Assembly: GCF_018350175.1 (NCBI RefSeq)
Contig: NC_058368.1
Location: 91,328,001 to 91,392,000, forward strand
Source of the DNA: Felis catus
Lineage: Eukaryota
DNA length: 64,000 bases
Direction of reading: 5' to 3'
Both the position numbers and the translations under genes were made by a program. Shown here piece by piece: positions 25,101 through 38,039 of the stretch. The notes under the pieces were generated by a model. It ran no database searches, was not told where the DNA came from, and was given only the letters and a program-made list of their open reading frames with translations. Within the stretch, counting starts at the first letter, position 1. The number at the start of each line of letters is the position of its first letter.

Positions 25101-27163
25101 ATCTCTGCAGCAAGGGTTTCTCTGGTGTCTTTTCTGCTTTTTTTCAAGCCCAGCTACTATTCTTATGACTTTTCCTTTAAATTCTTGTTTAGATATATTG
25201 CTTATATCTATTTTGAGCAAATCCCTGGCTGTGATTTCTTCTTGATCTTTTGGGGAGAATTCCTCCCATCTTGTCATTTTGTCTAGGTTTCTGTCTTTTG
25301 CGTGTTGTGAAAGCTTGTTATGTTTCCTGCTTCTGAGAATACTTCTATAGTAAGACTGTCCAGGGCTTGGCACTTCAGGAAGTGTTTCTGGTGTATGCTG
25401 TGTGCACTCTGCTGTTGTGATTTGGCTGCTCATTCCCACTGGCCAGTCCTCTATAGAACTCCTCCCTGCTTGCCGTGGGGAGTGTTTGGACCTTTAACTA
25501 GGTGTGCTTTGATTTGTTTTTTAAAATAAGCCTGATTTTTTTTAAAGAAAAGGCTGATCCAAAAAGAAAAGTAAAAAGAACAGAAACAAACAACTCAAAA
25601 ACCTATAAGCCTGATTCCAAAGAGAAAGAAAGGGTAAAAAAGAAGCCTGATCCAAAAAAAGAGAAAAGGAAATTTAAAAACAAACTATAAGTTGATTCCA
25701 AAGATGGAGGAAAAAAAAGCTTAGTCCTATTTCTTTTTTTTTTAATTTTTTAATGTTTATTTACTTTTGAGAGAAAGAGAGCGTGAGGGGGAGAGGGGCA
25801 GAGAGAGGGAGACACAGAATTGGAAGCAGGCTTCAGGCTCCAAGCTGTCAGCACAGAGCCTGATGCGGGGCTTGAACTCATGAACTGTGAGATCATGACC
25901 TGAGCTGAAGTTGGATGCTCAACTGACTGAGCCACCCAAGCACCCCAGCTTAGTCCTATTTCTATCAGAACTGAACCTGATGCTTTGGAGCACTCTATGA
26001 TCAGTTGACTTGGTACATGCAAGAGGCCTGTGATCTGGCTTATAGACCTGCCCTTGTAAAGATGCCCTGCAGGGCTCAGGGTGGTGGGGTTTGGGATAAG
26101 TGGTTTCAGCCTGGCCATGCTGGTGGGCTGGGAGAAGATGGTGTCACCCTACTCTCTTGTCCCTAGGGAGGGGAGCTTGCACCCCTGCTGTTCAGGAAAC
26201 CCTCAAAGACAAGCAAACAGTCTCCCCTCCTGCATCCCAGGCTTCCATCAGATCCCTGCCTTCAAACTGCCTGTGCCCAGGCTGTCAACACACCCGGCGC
26301 CATAGCTCTCCTGTGTTTTATCTCTGGCACACAGCTGGGATTCAAAACTCGAAATCTTAAAGGAGCTGGAGAGGCACAGATTCGTTCCCCTCCTCTGGAG
26401 GAGAGTCTTGCAGCACTGTGCCTGGCACCGTTCTGTCCCAGAAAAGCGATCACACAGCCAGGGATGTGCCTGGAGTTTATGGTGAAGCACAGCCAAATCC
26501 AGCGACCACGTTATCTGCCTTTTGTGCAAACTTATGTCCTTTGCTGATGAAGAGCCACTCAGTGGCTCCTACTGAATCTTTTGTCCTTGGAAAGGCAATA
26601 TACCTTCTTCCAAATTCACTCCAGTAAGGGGAACATTCTCTCCCAGTGCTTCCCAGGGGATCTGCATACCACACTGTCCACTCCTGGGCCTCTACCGTCC
26701 TTCTCCCCAGGAGCACCACTGCTGCTCTGGCTTGACTCTGGCAAATGGTGAGGACTTTTCAAACCTCAGAATTTGAACTCTGCTGCTTGTAAAATCTTAC
26801 AGTAGTCAGCTTCTCTTGATTCCCCAGTCATTGGTTTTTGGGGAGTGTTTTTCTTGCATGAACCCAAGGCACTATTCTCCCTCCCTCCCTCCTTCCCTCC
26901 CCCTCCCTCCCTCCCTCTCTCTCCCTCTCCCTCTCTCCTCCATGAAAAGACTTCCCTCCCTCTCTGTGACACTATGGCTTTTCTCTCCCCCAACTCACAT
27001 CTCCTCACCTTGTACCTGCCATGTTCTCCCCTCTAATTGTTCAGATTATTCCCTTAATCCTCAGATTGATTGCCTAGGTATTCAGAATGATTTGATGTTA
27101 ATCTAGCTGTGTTTCAGGGATGAGGCAAGCCCAGGGTCCCCTACTACTCTCCCATCTTAACTC
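22192..27163 (-). mobile_element. Carnivore L1 5' half (5'UTR, decayed ORF1, ORF2 endonuclease), 3' part missing; hosts five SINEs
   Basis: 5' start reads GAGTTAAGATGGGAGAGTAGTAGGGG. ORF1 pieces: NIYIIGVPEEE..EDLFEQIIAEN..QIQEAQRTP-like (24673-24891) and KPALQETLKG. Endonuclease pieces: PSICCLQETHF and NENTTVQNL.DAAKAV-like. SINEs at 23177-23378(+), 23462-24147 (three, -) and 25733-25946(-, TSD AGCTTAGTCCTATTTCT). Confidence 0.93.
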
Positions 27164-27169
27164 TGCACT

Positions 27170-28190
27170 CTGTCTTACTATAATTTTGTAGTAAGTTTCA
27201 AATCAGGAAACATGAATCCTCCAACTTTATTCTTTTTTAGATTGTTTTGGTTGAATTTTATTAATTTTGTTTAATTTCAGTGTTTCATAGTTCACAATAT
27301 ACAGGTTTTACACCTGTCTTTTTGATGCTGCTGTAAGTGAATGCTTTCTTAATTTCATTTTCAAATTGCTTACTTTTAAAGAAATACAACCGATTTTATA
27401 TACAATCTTGTACCTTCAAACCTCGCTGAAATCATCTATTCTCATATTTTTTTAAAATTCCTTTGGATTTACTATACACAAAATTATGCCATCTGCAAAT
27501 AGAGATGGTTTTCTTAAATTTTGTTTTTAACATTTACTTATTTTTGACAGAGAGCATGAGCAGGGGAGGGGTAGAGAGAGAGGGAGAGAGAATCTGAAGC
27601 AGGCTCCAGGCTCTGAGCTGTTAGCACAGAGACCGACATGGGGCTTGAACCCACAAACAGCAAGATCATGCCCTGAGCCAAAGTCGGACGCTTAACCAAC
27701 TGAGCCACCCAGGTACCCCAAGATGGTTTTACTTCTTTCTAACCTGAATGCCTTTTATTTTTTTGTTCTCTCTCTCTCTCTCTTTCTTTTCTTTTTTTTT
27801 TTTTTTTTTGTCTCTCCCCATGCTACCCTTTCCTTCTCTTTACCCCCCACTCTCTCTTTTTCTGGCTGGAACCTGGAGTACAGTGTTAAAGAGAAGCAGT
27901 GAGGGGCACCTGGGTGGCTCAGTCAGTTAAGTGTCCAACTCATGACTTCGGTTCAGGTCATGATCTCACAGTTCGTGGGTTGGAGCCCCATATTGGGCCC
28001 TGCACTGATGGTGCAGAGCCTGCTTGGGATTCTGTGTCTCCTCTCTCTTTTCTCCTCCCCCACTTGTGCACTCTCTCCAAAATAAATAGATAAGGAGATC
28101 CCCTGTTTCTCTCTTTATTTTATTCCTGTTCTTAGAGGGAAAACATTCAGTCTTTCACCATTAAGTATGATGTTAACCTTGCAGATAATT
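27170..28190. mobile_element. Old L1 ORF2 fragments (-) with CAN-SINEs at 27510-27719(-) and 27903-28093(+)
   Basis: Antisense L1 phrases ATGCCATCTGCAAATAGAGATGGTTTT and CAGTCTTTCACCATTAAGTATGATGTTA; SINE TSD AGATGGTTTT. Confidence 0.75.
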
Positions 28191-30313
28191 CTTAGTGTTG
28201 TTATTAGTATTTTATATTAGCATTGATACTAATGCTACCATTTGGCTATATTCTACTTTATCATTTCTAAAAAATATTATGGAAGTTAGTGATTAATGAA
28301 CTTAAATTTATGAAAGCCAAATTATTATTACCTTATTTTTAAAAACACTGGAAAAAGCAAGTAGTGGATGACAGGTGGGAGGGAGCTTATCCTCACAAGG
28401 TTCCCTAGAATGTGGCCCCTGTGAAGCATCAAGAAGACTCTCCCCAATTCCCAAAGAGCGAGCTTCCATGCTGGATAAAGGACTGAGGTTCCTGTATGGC
28501 TGCATGTGGGGCCCCAGGCAGTCATAAAAACCAAACCAAATTGTAGTGTTCGATACCAGGGAAAACATTTCATGAACCTTTTCCTCCTGCCTTCCACTGA
28601 ACTCTTGTCTAATAAGTATTAAGACCCTTAAAATGACTGTAAATTTGTTTTAAAAGGCAACTGGTGGAATGAGACAACCATTTTGAATATTTTTATGTAC
28701 CTCTCAGTTTCCTGTAAGACCAGGCTTATTGTCTTGGAGTGTCATTTTGAACTTCTCCCAAGTTGCAGAGATAAGCAGAAATGGCTTGCAGACTTCTCCA
28801 TAGTGGTCCAGGAGGGCTGAATCTCAGTGTGACCCTGTGGTGCCTAGTCTTGGAAGAGGAAGAGTCCCTGTATGTGTTTAGTTTCCAAGAGCAGGACTTT
28901 GGCCCACTGTGTTCTAGGGTCCCATCTCGGGAGACTAGGCCACCCTAAAATCTCTTTGACTTTGTCACTCCCATACAGATGTTTCTTAAAACCTCTTGAG
29001 TCACCGAAGCTCAAGAAGACCAGGGTCAGCATGCTCCACCATTGGGAGTGGTGGGGAATACAGGGAACACAGAGCATCCTACCTATGTCCCAGTGAGGGA
29101 AGAAAGGCTAGGGAAAGGAGACTCCCAGGAAATGTTGGGAATGCAGGTGCAGTGCCCTGGCAGGACTGATCTCAGAGCCAAGAGTGACTCTGCCCAGAGC
29201 AGGTAGAAACACTACCAGGGTGGGTGGGAGAGGCAGCTTGGTTCACCTATTCCCCAGAGCAAGTGCCCTTGGGAGTGTTCTCTAAGCACAAGCAAAGTCT
29301 CATAATAGCCCTCTGGCCCTTGACAACTGTCCTGGTCCCACAGGACTGATGCAAGTCCCTGTTTCCTCAGTTGTGTTCAACATTCCAGTGCAGGGGTTAC
29401 CAGCCCAGTGAGACCATCTCCTGTGAAGTCTCTTTGGAAGCAGCTGGAGCTATTGTCAGTCGCTCCTGCTTTTCTAGATGCAGAGCCCAGGGTCTGGGAA
29501 GGGAAGGAAGCTGCACTGATACTCTCTGCTCCTCCTGTCCCTGTGGGTTCCTAGCATGGAGTGTGCAGTGCAGAGGTCACCCTGCTTCTAGCAACTCAGC
29601 TCTAGATTCTCCAGGGATGGGAACCTGGTGATTGTGGATTTTTTCCCCCTTCCTATGAGTTGGAGTGAGCAGCTTTACTGGCAGGAAATTGTTTAGACAC
29701 TTTGTGTGTACTTTGTATAAGTGTGTGTCTCTGGTATTTTTATTGAATGGGCTCGTTTTCCTCCCAGCACTTGGAGGAGCATCTAGGAGAGCACTAGTTT
29801 TCTCTGTACCCTATAGTCTACGACAGCCATCTTTGAATTCTGCATGACCCTAAAATGCAAAGCTGAAGGCACAAACCATCCCAGCTCCTTCAGGGTGCTG
29901 AAAGTCAGTCCTGCCCCAAGAGCAGAAACAGAAGCAGGATCTAGGTGAGCACAGTGACAGTCAACAAAGCCATAGGCAGGGGGAGCTCCTCAACTTCTCT
30001 CAGGGTTTTCCCTGGCTGTATCCACCCAGTCCGGCTCAGGGCACTCCTGGGAGATGGGGTTGTCTTTGGGGGAGGGAGGGTGGGGACCTGGGGTTTCCCT
30101 GAGCCCGTAAGCACAACCCACAGACCTGGTCCTTCTGTCTCCAGAGTCTGAGTGATCCTCTCAGTGAAGGATCAGGGATGATGGCCCTGGGATCAGAGCC
30201 AACTTGTAAGGAGTGTCCCTTTCACAGAATGCCCCACCTGGTTGCTCTCCTTGGTCCTGAATTCTCTGGGGCAGAGGAGTCAGGTAGTTTGTAGTTAAAA
30301 AAAAAAAAAACCT

Positions 30314-30515
30314 TGGGGCACCTGGGTGGCTCAGTCGGTTAAGCATACAGCTCTTGACTTCAGCTCAGGTCATGATCTCCTGGTTTGTGAGTTGGAGCCC
30401 AGCATCAAGCTCTGTGCTGATAGCACGGAGCTGCTTGGGATTCCCTCTCTGCCCCACCCCTGCTCATGTGCATGCACTCTGTCTCGCTTTCGCTCTCTCA
30501 AAGAAACTTAAAAAA
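30314..30515 (+). mobile_element. CAN-SINE
   Basis: Head and tail; TSD AAAAAAACCTT. Confidence 0.92.
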
Positions 30516-31294
30516 AACCTTCCTGTGGTCAAAAACATAAAAATCTTCCTGTGGTCAAGAACATAAAAAGGAGATGGCTGGAATATAGCATTTTCATTGG
30601 GCTTATTAAGGATATGAAAATAATAGCATTGATTTCCAGTTATTCACATGAACATGCTGATTGGGGACTGTTGCCTTCACTTCAAAATTGTAGGGCCACT
30701 CAGTTTGGCTGCACTTTCAGAGAATAACAGCTGAGATGATACCCACCATGCAACCAGACAGAGGTCAGGGTATAAAGCCACTTGTCAGGTCCTGAGTGGT
30801 TTAGATAAGTTTACGTTAACTCTAGAGACTGGGCTCTGAACTTGAACGGTTCTCACAGAGGTGGTGAGTGCAGTAGAAATAGAAGGGAGAGAAGCAATCT
30901 GGGAAGGTATCTCTACATCTTCCCTAGAATGTCTCTATTTGTAGGCCTAAAATTAGCATTTTACTTGCAAATCTGTTGTATTAGCAGTATAGCATACTGC
31001 ATATGTCCCATAGCTAGTTACAAATATAATTTTAGACCTTATTCAAGACAGGCTGGCAATGAAATTTAAAATTTTTCAATGTACAATCCATATTTAAAGT
31101 CTTGGATGTTTTTTGAGAAACATATATATGTATATATATGTATATGTATATAATTTACATATATATTTAAACTCTTTGCTAAATGTAAACAACAGAAGGC
31201 TTAGAATAGAGCTCTGTAAAACCTTACATTTATGGAACAACATAAGAACATGGCCCTGTAAAAGAGACTCAGGAGTGACTAGAAGAATCATAAC

Positions 31295-31890
31295 TTTTTT
31301 TAAAAGATTTTTTAATGTTTATTTTGAGAGAGAGAGCATGAGTGGGGGAGGGGCAGAGACAGGGAGGGAGACACAGAATCTAAAACAGGCTCCACGCTCT
31401 CTGAGCTGTCAGCACAGAGCCTGATGCGGGGCTGGAACTCAGGAACGGTGAGATCATGACCTGAGCAGAAATTGGGTGCTTAACCGACTGAGCCACCCTG
31501 GCACCCTGACCAGAGAATCATAAGAAAATCACTCAGGAGTTGTGATTCCAAGGATGGAATGAGTTTTTTGTTGTTTTTTTCATAGCCAGTGGTTTTTAGT
31601 AGCTTATTTTTTTTCCTCTTTAGATACTTTAGTATATCCATAGGGATAAAACTCCAGAGCTACTATTAGGCACATTAAACACAGACGCTGCTGGGGTGCC
31701 TGGGGGGGCTCAGTCGGTTAAGCATCCCACTCCTGATTTCGGCCCATATCACAGTCTCATGGTTTGTGAGTTCCAGCCATGTGTCAGGCTCTGTGCTGAC
31801 AGTGCTGAGGCTGTTTGGGATTTTCTTGCTCCCTTTCTCTCTGCCCCTTCCCTGCTCATGCACTCTCAAAACAAACATTAGAAAATTTTT
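31295..31890. mobile_element. Two CAN-SINEs: 31295-31506(-) and 31693-31890(+)
   Basis: Recognisable heads and tails; TSD AGAATCATAA for the first. Confidence 0.9.
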
Positions 31891-32193
31891 AAATATTTAC
31901 CTGGGTCTGTATTTATTATCAGGCTTATGTGACTGGATCATGGTTTGGGGGCTGGCACCTCAGTGCCTGGACTCTTGTGTCTCGGGATGAGAGCCTAATC
32001 TTGCAGGGAAGGCAGCCCTGCTTTTCTGTCCTCATTTCCAGCAGCTTCCCAGAGTACAGTTATTTCCAATGAATACAGTTAATGAATGTAATTATTTTGC
32101 TCTTTTCTAGATTGAAGTCTAACTTGGTATTTGTTCAGATTTTGGTCACTACACCCTTTAATTGTTTTGTTTGTTTTACACTTGTATGACTCA

Positions 32194-34702
32194 TTTTTTT
32201 TTCTTTTTTTAAGTTTTATGTTTTTCATTTACATCCAAATTAGCGTATAGTGCAACAATGATTTCGGGAGTAGATTCCTTAATGCCCCTTACCCCTTTAG
32301 CCCATCCCCCCTCCCACACCCTCTCCAATAACCCTCTTTTTGTTCTCCATATTTATGAGTCTCTTATGCTTTGTCCTCCTCCCTGTTTTTATTTTTTCCC
32401 TTCCCTTATGTTCATCTGTTTTGTCTCTTAAAGTCCACATATGAGTGAAGTCCTATTTGTCTTTCTCTAATTTCACTTAGCATAATACTCTCCAGTTCCA
32501 TCCACATAGTTGCAAATGGCAAGATTTCATTCTTTTTGATTGCCGAGTAATACTCCATTCGATATATATACCACATCTTCTTTATCCATTCATCTGCCGA
32601 TGGACATTTGGGCTCTTTCCGTACTTTGGCTATTGTGGATACTGCTGCTATAAACATGGGGGTGCAGGTGCCCCTTTGAAACAGCACACCTGGGGCGCCT
32701 GGGTGGCGCAGTCAGTTAAGCGTCCGACTTCAACCAGGTCACGATCTCGTGGCCCGTGAGTTCGAGCCCCGTGTCAGGCTCTGGGCTGATGGCTCAGAGC
32801 CTGGAGCCTGTTTCCGATTCTGTGTTTCCCTCTCTCTCTGCCCCTCCCCCATTCATGCTCTGTCTCTCTCTGTCCCAAAAATAAACATTGAAAAAAAAAT
32901 TAAAACAAACAAACAAACAAACAAAAAAAGAAACAGCACACCTGTATCCCTTGGATAAATACCTAGTAGTGCAATTGCTGGGTTGTAGGGTAGTTCTATT
33001 TTTAGTTTTTTGAGGAACCTCCATACTGTTTTCCAGAGTGGCTGTACCAGCTTGCAATCCCACCAGCAGTGCGAAAGAGATCCTCTTTCTCCACATCCTT
33101 GCCAACATCTGTTGTTGCCTGAGTGGTTAATGTGAGCCATTCTGACAGGTGTGAGGTGGCATCTCATTGTGGTTTTGATTTGTGTTTCTCTGATGATGAG
33201 TGATGTTGGGCATTTTTTCATGTGTCAGTTGGCCATCTGGATGTCTTCTTTGGAGAAGTGTCTATTCATGTCTTTTGCCCATTTATTCACTGGATTCTTT
33301 GTTTTTTGGGTGTTGAGTTTGATAAGTTCTTTATAGATCTTGGATACTAACCCTTTATCTGATATGTCATTTGCAAATATCTTCTCCCATTCCGTCAGTT
33401 GCCTTTTAGTTTTGCTGATTGTTTCCTTTGCTGTGCAGATGCTTTTTATTTTGATGAGGTCCCAATAGTTCATTTTTGCTTTGGTTTCTCTTGCCTCTGG
33501 AGACGTGTTGAGTAAGAACTTGCTGCGACCAAGGTCAAAGAAGTTTTTGCCTGCTTTCTCCTCGAGGATTTTGATGCCTTCCTGTCTTATATTGAGGTCC
33601 TTTATCCATTTTGAGTTTAGTTTTGTGTCTGGGGTAAGAAAGTGGTCCAGGTTCATTCTTCTGCATGTCGCTGTCCAGTTTTCCCAGCACTACTTGCTGA
33701 AGAGACTGTCTTTATTCCATTGGATATTCTTTCCTGCTTTGTCAAAGATTAGTTGGTTATACATTTGTGGGTCCATTTCTGGGTTCTCTACTGTTTCATT
33801 GATCTGAGCGTCTGTTCTTGTGCCAGTACCATACTGTCTTGATGATTACAGCTTTGTAGTATAGCTTGAAGTCTGGGATTGTGATCCCTTCTGCTTTGGT
33901 TTTCTTTTTCAAGATTGCTTTGGCTATTCAGGGTCTTTTCTGGTTCCATACAAATATTAGGATTGTTTGTTCTAGCTCTGTGAAGAATACTTGTGTTATT
34001 TTGATACGGATTGCATTGAATATGTAGATTGCTTTGGGTAGTATCGACATTTTAATAATATTTGTTATTCCTATCCAGGAGCATGGAATCTTTTTCCATT
34101 TTTTTGTGTCTTCTTCAATTTCTTTCATAAGCTTTCTATAGTTTTCAGTGTATAGATTTTTCACCTCTTTGGTTAGATATATTCCTAGGTAGTTTATGAG
34201 TTTTGTTGCAGCTGCAAGTGGGATTGATTTCTTGATTTCTCTTTCTGTTGCTTCATTGTTGGTGTATAGGAATGCAAGCGATTTCTGGGCATTGATTTTT
34301 ATATCCTGCAACTTTGCTGAATTCGTGAATCAGTGCTAGCAGTTTTTTGGTGGAATCTTTAGGGTTTTCCATAGAGAGTATCATGTCACCTGCGAAGAGT
34401 GAAAGTTTGACTCTTCCTGGCTGATTTGGATGCTTTTTATTTCTTTGTGTTGTCTGATTGCAAAGGCAAGACTTCAATACTCTGTTGAATAACAGTGGTC
34501 AGAGTGGACATCCCTGTTTTTTTCCTGACCTTAGGGGGAAAGCTCTCAGTTTTCCCCATTGAGGATGATACTAGCGTTGGGTCATTTATATATGGATTTT
34601 GTGATCTCAAGGTATGATCCTTCTATCCCTACTTTCTTGAGGGTTTTTATAAAGAAAGCTGTATTTTGTCAAATGCTGTCTCTGCATCTATTGAGAGGAT
34701 AA
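32194..34702 (-). mobile_element. Young feline-type L1, 5'-truncated (RT C-terminal part to polyA), same subfamily as 4026-5510; carries a SINE at 32692-32929(+)
   Basis: ORFs 33928-34311, 34253-34477 (VKLSLFAGDMIL, a FADD-motif variant), 33225-33656, 32853-33221 and 32412-32687 are L1 ORF2 pieces; SINE TSD GAAACAGCACACCT (32678-32691 / 32930-32943). Confidence 0.97.
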
Positions 34703-35701
34703 TTGTTGTTTTAACTGATGTAGTTCCAGTTTTATTTTCTCATTTTCTGCTCCGAAGGCCAAAACTTCACTCTTCTCCAAAACAATCATACCCTATTTCA
34801 CATTAGCACCCTAAGACATTATTTACCAAAGAGTGATCCCCTGCTGTATCTTGGTGACCGTTTCTGGCCTCCGTGATCGTGACCATTACAGTTACAGTGA
34901 TATCTGCTTGTTAAGAGGTAAACCCAGTTTTGAGTATACACACTCAGAGTACAGGTTCCTTCTCCAAGGAACTGAAATTTAGGCTGCAGGCACCCAGCAG
35001 AGAGGTATAGCATTCTCTTTGAGAGGGTGTGGGCGCTGCAAGGCAGTAACACAGGTGGAGGGAGCAGAAGGCACAGGGGACAACAGGGGCGAGGCTGGGC
35101 TGTCACCTCCATGCTGCCTGGGAGGAGTGCTTCCAGTCCCTAAGCGGACAAGGGCTGTGGCCTTCAGCTTTGGGGACAGCAAAGCAGCAGGAGAGCAGCA
35201 GCAGCAGGCACATGATGCAGTGCCATAAACCTCCCGGGCACTAGGGGGCACTGGGGCACAGTGCCTTCAGACCACCTGGGAGTGTGGACAGGCAACGCCC
35301 CGGTTCTACAGGAGGCCAGTAGCTGTCTGCTTCCTCTTACCTGAGACTGAGCGGAAGTCCATCCCCAATGTGCAATGCAGCAGGTGCACTTCCTGCCAGA
35401 GTCTGACTGTGGGAGCAAGCGCGTGCAGCAGAACCTGGCCACATGCTTCCTGCCTGGTTTTTAGTAACTTGACTGAGTGGTGGGACTATTTGCATAACTC
35501 AGTTCTAGAACATTTTCATGCCCCAGTGAGATCCCTCGTGCTCATCATTAGTCCCTATTTTTGCTCCCAAGCATTTTTGCATGTTGTGGGGGAAGGACTT
35601 AACTATTCAATTTTTTAGTTTCTTGTTATAGGTCTATTCAAATTTTGTTTCTTCTTGAGTCAGTGTTGTTATTTTGTGACTTTCTACGAATTTGTCCGTT
35701 G

Positions 35702-37070
35702 TTTTTTTTTTTTAATTTTTTTTAATGTTTATTTATTTTTGAGACAGAGAGAGACAGCATGAATGGGGGAGGGTCAGGGAGAGAGGGAGACACAGAATCC
35801 GAAACAGGCTCCAGGCTCTGAGCCATCAGCACAGAGCCTGACGCGGGGCTTGAACTCACGAACCATGAGATCATGACCTGAGCCGAAGTCGGACGCTTAA
35901 CCGACTGAGCCACCCAGGCGCCCCTTTGTCCGTTTTATCTACACTGTCATTTATAATACTCTTTCCTAGTTATTTCCTTTTTTAACCCATGGATTATTCA
36001 TAAATATGCTGTTGAATTTCCAAATATTTGTGGGTTTCTGCAATTGGAGTGAGTTTTTTTTTTTAATTTTTTTTTCAACGTTTTTATTTATTTTTGGGAC
36101 AGAGAGAGACAGAGCATGAACGGGGGAGGGGCAGAGAGAGAGGGAAACACAGAATCGGAAACAGGCTCCAGGCTCTGAGCCATCAGCCCAGAGCCTGACA
36201 CGGGGCTTGAACTCACGGACCGTGAGATCGTGACCTGGCTGAAGTCGGACGCTTAACCGACTGCGCCACCCAGGCGCCCCTTGGAGTGAGTTTTAAGGAA
36301 GTGTACATGGTCACTACTCAAGTATCCAATAGACATAACACAGGAAACTACTGGTGGGTTTCAGCAATATGGAGGGAACTGATGACCTCCAAAAAATATG
36401 CAGTTTTTACAGTTGTACTTATAGAAAATAATAAAATATTAAGATACTCTTAGAATCATACTGCCGTAGAAGAAAAGTGATCCCAGAAAGATGACTTATA
36501 TAAAGGTATAATAAATGAATAAATGTCATCAATTGTTACATAGTGTTTGTTTAGTGACATTAAAAATGAAGTACTGTATTGGGGCGCCTGGGTGGCGCAG
36601 TCGGTTAAGCGTCCGACTTCAGTCAGGTCACAATCTCGCGGTCCGGGAGTTCGAGCCCCGCGTCAGGCTCTGGGCTGCTGGCTCAGAGCCTGGAGCCTGT
36701 TTCCGATTCTGTGTCTCCCTCTCTCTCTGCCCCTCCCCCGTTCATGCTCTGTCTCAATCTGTCCCAAAAATAAATAAAAGTTGAAAAAAAAAAATGAAGT
36801 ACTGTATTTGAAAGATTGAACCACTGTAGTATGTAAGTAGGAGACTTCAAAGCTGAAGTCTTTGATGGGGCGCCTGGGTGGCTCAGTTGGTTAAGCGACT
36901 GACTTTGGCTTAGGTCCTGATCTCAGGGTTTGAGGGTTCAAGCCCCCATGTCAGGCTCTGTGCTGACAGTGTAGAGCCTGGACCATGCTTCAGATTCTGT
37001 CTCCCTTTCTCTCTGCCCCTCCCCCACTAGCACTCTGTCTCTCAAAAATAAACATTAAAAAAATTTTTTT
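35702..37070. mobile_element. Four CAN-SINEs: 35702-35923(-), 36054-36280(-), 36581-36793(+), 36867-37070(+)
   Basis: TSDs TTTGTCCGTT, TTGGAGTGAGTTTT and AAAATGAAGTACTGTATT for the first three. Confidence 0.93.
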
Positions 37071-37179
37071 TAAATGTTTGTCTTACAGTTTTATATGGTA
37101 AAATGTCAAGGATGACCACTAGTAGAGTATAAAAATTCCAAATCAGCAAAGGAAAAAAATTGGACGCAGGAAGAAATAA

Positions 37180-38030
37180 GTGAATGTAAAAGAGGAAAGA
37201 AAAAAATACAAGTCCAAATATATGAAAATCTTAACCGTTAATTCATTAATTGTAATAGATCAAAGACCAATATTGTCAGATTGAATGATAACAATAGTGA
37301 TAATAATACTAAATCCAGCTATATGGATTTAGTATTGCCTAAAACATAAGGGCATAGTAAAGTATATGTAAACATCTGGCAAATACTAACTAAAAAAATC
37401 TGGTATACCTATACTAATATCAGATGAACTAGACTTTTAAGACTTAAAAATTAGTTAAAGGTATTTAGTATAATAAGAACGTACAATCCATGAGAGAGAT
37501 AAAAATTCTATACCTGTATGCATCTAATAATAGATTATATTTCAAACTTTATATCAAACAAATGCATTTTATAAATCTGACTTTTCAATAATAAGATTTG
37601 ATATTCATACAGTTTGTCTTGTTCATCAATTGTTGTGGCTACCTATTTTATGATACTAAAACCTCAATTTTAATGATCCTACTGTTCATGGACTTTACAA
37701 AGCAAAAGTTGATAAAACTTTAGCAAGAAAGTGACAAATCATCTATCACATTGTGGTCTTTGAACACCTGCTCTGATATTGATTGCTGATAATATTTGTT
37801 TGGCCAAAGATAGAGAACATTTAAATGGCACAATTAATGCATTTGAGCATTAATGTACAAAAAAATGTACAAAAAAATGCAATCAATAATTAGAAAATAT
37901 ATAATCTTTAACAGGCCGTTTGGGACATTTATAAAAAATAAGCCAAAAAGTAAGTCTCAACAAACTTCAGAGAAATCATACAGACCGTGTTCTCTGACCA
38001 TACCATATTGAGAATAAAATTATTATAAAA
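37180..38030 (+). mobile_element. Very old L1 (L1ME-like) endonuclease-region remnants
   Basis: Decayed sense ORF2 phrases AAATACTAACTAAAAAAATCTGGTATACCTATACTAATATCAGA and AAGTCTCAACAAACTTCAGAGAAATCATACAGACCGTGTTCTCTGACCAT. Confidence 0.6.
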
Positions 38031-38039
38031 TTTTTGATT

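Noticed and set aside
9795..27163. The L1s at 9.8-13.2 kb and 22.2-27.2 kb as two halves of one split element
   Set aside because: Both contain the same endonuclease-region sequence (CTGGAGAATGTTCC..ATGTGCAC), so they are separate copies.
4214..34477. L1 ORF1/ORF2 peptide fragments as functional CDS
   Set aside because: All copies are truncated and frameshifted; no complete ORF1 or ORF2 exists, and the RT motif in the best copy reads FAGD.
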